This document shows positions 59,624-64,000 of a stretch of DNA of 64,000 bases, piece by piece. The position numbers and the translations under genes were made by a program. Where the stretch lies: positions 32,001-96,000 of IMG/VR virus record IMGVR_UViG_3300048629_000034, one strand, 5' to 3'. Origin of the DNA: a virus (Duplodnaviria; Caudoviricetes). Numbering within the stretch: the stretch's first letter is position 1; the number at the start of each line of letters is the position of its first letter. The notes under the pieces were generated by a model. The model saw only the letters and a program-made list of their open reading frames with translations, was not told where the DNA came from and searched no databases.

Positions 59624-60879
59624 AATATTTTTAACATTGATGTTCTGTGTATCTTTATATGCAGAACAAACAACAATACATTTAAATAAAAATTACTATG
59701 CTAAAGATATATCATCTTTTGGATTTTCCAATGATTACTATAAGTTAATATGTATAAATAATATAATATATATTGATGGTATTAGACAATTAGCGGTATA
59801 TATTGATTACAGAACACTAAAACCCGTTAGATGTAATTTAAAGGAGAAATAAATGAATATTAGTAAAGAATTATTATGTGAGATATCGGATATTGAAAAA
59901 AGTACAATACAAAAAATTCACTTTGAAGATAATCAAATAGTTGTGAATTGTAGTAGATTCGATAGTACCGGAGTTACTGGAAATCATTGGACAAGACGTA
60001 TCAACATATATGAATTACAACATAAAATTAAAGAGTGGGCTTTTAAAAACGGATACAATGTTTTATCTGGATATGACCAAGATGATAATATATGGGCATT
60101 AATTAACCATATCTATGGTGAAGGTGGGTGTCAAGCTCAAGAAGAATTTAATGCTCCAACTGAATTTGAAGCAGTCGTTAAAGCTGCAGACTATATTTTA
60201 GAGAAACTACAGGAAAAATAAAATGGAAACTAAATGTCCCAACTGTAAACAATATCAAGAACTAAATAATCACAAAATAAAAAAAGCTGCAAAGTTAAAC
60301 GAAGTAAAACAATTTTCTTGTGACAACTGTGGATTTTCAACAAGAATAATGTGCAAAATACAAGAAAAAGATAGAATTGTTGTATTTTATGCAATGTCAG
60401 ATATCGAAATCAAACAAAATTAAAAGGAGACACAAAGATGATAATTAATTTTAAACAAGTAGGTGGATCTTCACATGATTTCATGAATGATGTTGCAAAC
60501 AAACTAGGTACAGAACCAACATATGAAAATCTAGAGAGGTATTTATCTTGGTATGAGGATGGAGATACAATGGTATATACATTTAAAGCAGTATTGATCT
60601 CTAGTAAAGAGGAACAATCTAGACTAGACAATATTGACTTAGTTGACAGAATAAAGGAGATATCAAATGACTGATACAGATGCAAATACACATGCAATGA
60701 ATGAGTACTTAAACAAACAACAGGAACGAGAAGAAGCTTTTGATAATCTATTAAGTGAAACTCTGTCGGACAGAATACAACTAGAGGGCATAATTGAAGA
60801 AATTAAACTTACAGCTAAAGACTATAGTGGATATGACTTCACAGAAGACATAGAAGAGATGATAAAGGATATGTTGTAA
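59616..60879 (+). other. Five small hypothetical ORFs (59616-59852, 59853-60221, 60223-60423 Zn ribbon, 60438-60674, 60667-60879)
   Basis: Tightly packed ORFs; 60223 has CPNC and CDNC. Confidence 0.55.
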
Positions 60880-60917
60880 CGCATAAGCAGACATATTAAA
60901 CAAGAAAGGAGAACAGT

Positions 60918-63032
60918 ATGAAAATACAGGCAATGATAGATGAACTATGCACTATGGGTAAACGAAAGAATGATCCATTAATGATTGAAACAATATTATA
61001 TTACTTTGGTTCTATTATGTTAAATAAGTATAAGCTCCGTAAGGGATTACCTGGAATGAAGCCATATGTGCGTTATTATACAGTATTTTTTGGAAACTCA
61101 GGATTAGGAAAATCATTTAATACTAAGCAAATAGAGAAACTGTGTGGATTAAATACATACAGCGAACTTATGCATAATTCATTTATATCTAAACTACAGA
61201 AGATGCCAGACAGACCAGACGGAATTGAAACTACTATGCGATACATACCTAAATCAGTTACAATTGGTCTTGAGGGATCTAAAGAGGGATTATTCAGTGT
61301 TGTTGAAGCTCAGGCTTTTAGTGACTTTGGTTCGTTGAATCTTATATCCGAGGAGTTTGGAGAGGCCGTATCATCATCATCAGAAATGATGTCTAAACTG
61401 AAGCAATTATATGATACTGAATATCAAGCGAAAGTTGTAAAAGGTAATAGCGAAACTGGAGGAATGAATCACGATGTAAACAATATTATATGTAACTTTA
61501 TGGGACTTGGATCTAGAGAAGGATTTGATGTAGAAGCAGAAAAGGAATTATATAGAATAGTAACATCTGGATTGTATAGACGATCAATTATTATTGAATC
61601 TAACTTGTATGTTGAGAAGAACGAATTCGAAACAGATTTCGTGAAGACAGCACTATGGATTGAAGACATAAATAAGATATTCAGAGAAGATGCAATTGCT
61701 AGAGTAGATTCATCTACAAATTATATGATGGATCGAGAATTTGACTATGAAAATGACTATATTGACTATATAGAGCAAATAGATGATGCACTAGTTGATG
61801 ATGCGGTAGATGATAGACTAAATAAATTTAAGCAGTATTCAACTGGATCTCTCGAATTAATTATTGATATATCTCATATCATTGCATTCTATGAGGGCAA
61901 GCTTGTTGTTACATCTGACCATCTGGCTCAAGCATATAATTTCTTTACTCGAACCAGAGAGACTGTAATCGATACGTTCTCGCCTAAACTACCGTATAAG
62001 CTAATGTATGAACTTCTGAAGAAGAAGAATAATCTAACCGTATCTGAGATGTGTGAATTAGAACCAAATATACCATCAGCAGCAACTAAAATCAAAGACA
62101 ACTTATCTTTATTGGATGAATTATGTTATAGACGTGATGAAGTGTTGGTTCGGCATGAAGGAAAAGTATTACGATTCTCTATTGAACCATTACCTGAGAC
62201 AGACTTAAATAAACTTAGGATATCTGTATCAAACGATGGAAAGATGGAGAAAGCAGTTAATTTTGTACCATATGAAATCAATTGGAGCGACCTAAAGAAA
62301 GTATGTATATCTGAAAATATTGATTCATTTTGTTTGTGTCACTTTGATGATAGTGCACAAGCTCCAGATGGACACCGTAAGCGTGACAAATTCATCGAAG
62401 GACAGAATGTTATAGCATTTGATATAGACGACGATAAGCTATCTATAAAGGACGCTCAGGCACTATTGCATGAATACACTTACTTCATTTATACAACTAA
62501 GTCTCACCAGAAGGAGAAGACTGGAGCTGCAGCATGTGACCGATACAGAATTGTAATTCCTACAAAGAACCAATTCTATGTGTCACCTGAAGCACACAAG
62601 CAGCTATATATCAATCTAGAGGAGTTTTTGTGCATACACAATAATGATACACAAACACGAAATGTAAGTAGACTTTGGTTCACTAATTCAAACAATTCGC
62701 AGACGTTCGAAAACTCTGGTGAACTATTTGATGTGACACCATTTATACCTGATACGGATAAGTCTGATAAGTTCAAACAAACCTTTAATCAAGCAACTTC
62801 TAACGTTGATTTTGATACAATGGACATACGAGAAGCTGGAATGCTTAAGTGGTTTATAGCCAACACATCAAATGGAAATCGACATCACAATTTAACCAAA
62901 TTGTACTACTTTTATCGTGACCTTGGATCTAACAATATCGATCAGAAGGTAGCAAATGCAAATGCATTATTATCGGAACCAATGAATGATAGAGATATGA
63001 AAAATATATATTCAATAGGGAGAAAATCATAA
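60918..63032 (+). CDS. P-loop plus AEP-type primase fusion (N4 gp43-like)
   Basis: GNSGLGKS and SEEFG in the N-half; FDIDD, YTTKSH, RYRIVIP and GNRHHNL in the C-half. Confidence 0.75.
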   Translation: MKIQAMIDELCTMGKRKNDPLMIETILYYFGSIMLNKYKLRKGLPGMKPYVRYYTVFFGNSGLGKSFNTKQIEKLCGLNTYSELMHNSFISKLQKMPDRPDGIETTMRYIPKSVTIGLEGSKEGLFSVVEAQAFSDFGSLNLISEEFGEAVSSSSEMMSKLKQLYDTEYQAKVVKGNSETGGMNHDVNNIICNFMGLGSREGFDVEAEKELYRIVTSGLYRRSIIIESNLYVEKNEFETDFVKTALWIEDINKIFREDAIARVDSSTNYMMDREFDYENDYIDYIEQIDDALVDDAVDDRLNKFKQYSTGSLELIIDISHIIAFYEGKLVVTSDHLAQAYNFFTRTRETVIDTFSPKLPYKLMYELLKKKNNLTVSEMCELEPNIPSAATKIKDNLSLLDELCYRRDEVLVRHEGKVLRFSIEPLPETDLNKLRISVSNDGKMEKAVNFVPYEINWSDLKKVCISENIDSFCLCHFDDSAQAPDGHRKRDKFIEGQNVIAFDIDDDKLSIKDAQALLHEYTYFIYTTKSHQKEKTGAAACDRYRIVIPTKNQFYVSPEAHKQLYINLEEFLCIHNNDTQTRNVSRLWFTNSNNSQTFENSGELFDVTPFIPDTDKSDKFKQTFNQATSNVDFDTMDIREAGMLKWFIANTSNGNRHHNLTKLYYFYRDLGSNNIDQKVANANALLSEPMNDRDMKNIYSIGRKS

Positions 63033-63266
63033 ATGAATTTAAGCGAACTACTTGTATTCATAATGTTAATAGTTATGATGATACTACTAACTGGATGTGG
63101 ATACGATAGAAACGAAGATGGAGTATATATGACTAGTTTTAATGCTAATCGTAGAATATGTGTAGACGGCTTTACATATGTAGAACTAGCGAGAGGAATA
63201 ACGGTTGTGCTAGATAAGACTGGACATACAATTCCATGCTCGATGATACCAAAAAAAGGAGAATAA
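63033..63266 (+). CDS. Small lipoprotein
   Basis: Hydrophobic leader with LTGC lipobox. Confidence 0.65.
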   Translation: MNLSELLVFIMLIVMMILLTGCGYDRNEDGVYMTSFNANRRICVDGFTYVELARGITVVLDKTGHTIPCSMIPKKGE

Positions 63267-63267
63267 A

Positions 63268-63522
63268 ATGAAGAAAATATTAATAGTATCACTATTAAGT
63301 GCAGGAGCATATGCGGGAAACTTATTTAGTACAATAAGTGGAATGGGTATGGAAGAAGTTAAAACTAATTCTTATACAATTGATACAGTGGGTATTAATC
63401 CTAGAGTTTATCAATTTAATCCGAAAGACAATAAAGATTATTTATGCGTTATTGTCTTTCCAAATAGTGATGGTGAACATACAGCAGCTGTGCCAGCGAT
63501 GCAATGTTTTAAAGTTAAATAA
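63268..63522 (+). CDS. Small secreted protein
   Basis: MKKILIVSLLSAGAYA signal peptide; Cys pair. Confidence 0.65.
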   Translation: MKKILIVSLLSAGAYAGNLFSTISGMGMEEVKTNSYTIDTVGINPRVYQFNPKDNKDYLCVIVFPNSDGEHTAAVPAMQCFKVK

Positions 63523-63715
63523 TGATTGGCATAATGGATGGACTAGTATATATGGTTCTATTGACTGGATGGCTGCTTGGAATAGTAGTATCAACTGGTT
63601 TTTGGTCAGTGTTATTTGCTGTTACAGTACCACCATATGCTATATATTTAGTAATAGAGCGTGTTGTACTTAAGTACGGATTATTATAAATAAAAACAAA
63701 TAAAAAGGAATTAAA

Positions 63716-64000
63716 ATGGCAATACAGCTACATAAAGCAGGAGACACTGCAAACAAACAAATAAAATTACTTTTATGGGGGGCATCTGGCTGTGGAAAAA
63801 CTAGATTCTCAACTGGATTTGATGATGGATTTGTAATCGATTATGAATCAGGAACAGCATCAGCGGCAAATAAGGATATTACAGTATATAATGCTAAGAC
63901 TGCTAGAAACTTTACTGAAGCAATAGAGCATATGATTGAGAATGAATCTGAATATTCAACTGTAATTGTTGATTCTCTTACCGTGTATGGGGAGAAGTTA
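63716..64000 (+). CDS. AAA/Sak4-like ATPase (partial, runs off the window)
   Basis: Manual translation MAIQLHKAG...LLWGASGCGKT...IDYESG...TVIVDSLT; AAGGA RBS. Confidence 0.8.
   Translation, partial: MAIQLHKAGDTANKQIKLLLWGASGCGKTRFSTGFDDGFVIDYESGTASAANKDITVYNAKTARNFTEAIEHMIENESEYSTVIVDSLTVYGEKL

Noticed and set aside
757-63673. Numerous antisense or overlapping ORFs in the track (e.g. 757, 2575, 7583, 14377, 15253, 38300, 54523, 62942, 63338)
   Set aside because: They are shadows of longer genes, lack RBS or motifs; only the nested HNH ending at 12421 is supported.
1-64000. Stop-codon reassignment or prophage status
   Set aside because: Genes are full length in the standard code using TAA, TAG and TGA stops; no integrase, att site or host genes are visible.

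Overview
A 64-kb, AT-rich (about 30% GC by eye) piece of an N4-like (Schitoviridae-related) tailed phage genome. The host is probably Campylobacterota, inferred only from TTAAG...TATAAT promoters and AAGGA ribosome-binding sites. Left part (1-19.4 kb, minus strand): late genes, namely the portal N-terminus, lysis cassette, a complete diversity-generating retroelement (RT, TR, VR-bearing adhesin, no avd), tail fibres, an intein-containing N4-type large terminase and an N4 gp69-like protein. A divergent non-coding junction at about 19.4-19.9 kb is the probable physical genome end. Right part (plus strand): early and middle genes, including a single-chain T7/N4-type RNA polymerase, a structured RNA and atypical tRNA region, helicases, nucleases, a radical SAM enzyme, an RNA ligase and a primase. 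Most notable signals: (1) a phage E1/E2-like/JAB operon preceded by a 44-aa disordered peptide ending KG-Q; (2) ten dispersed, highly diverged ORFs that all end in [F/I]xL[H/Y]DTN-stop, conserved at peptide rather than DNA level, with the first copy inside that operon, so possibly interchangeable adaptors or substrates of one conjugation system; (3) a roughly 15-fold over-represented heptamer GAACCAA; (4) an intein carrying its HNH endonuclease as a nested gene in another frame; (5) four GAA-triloop hairpin promoter candidates; (6) a closed RNA with a 7-nt periodic loop next to a coiled-coil gene. All family assignments come from motifs recognised by eye, not from database searches.
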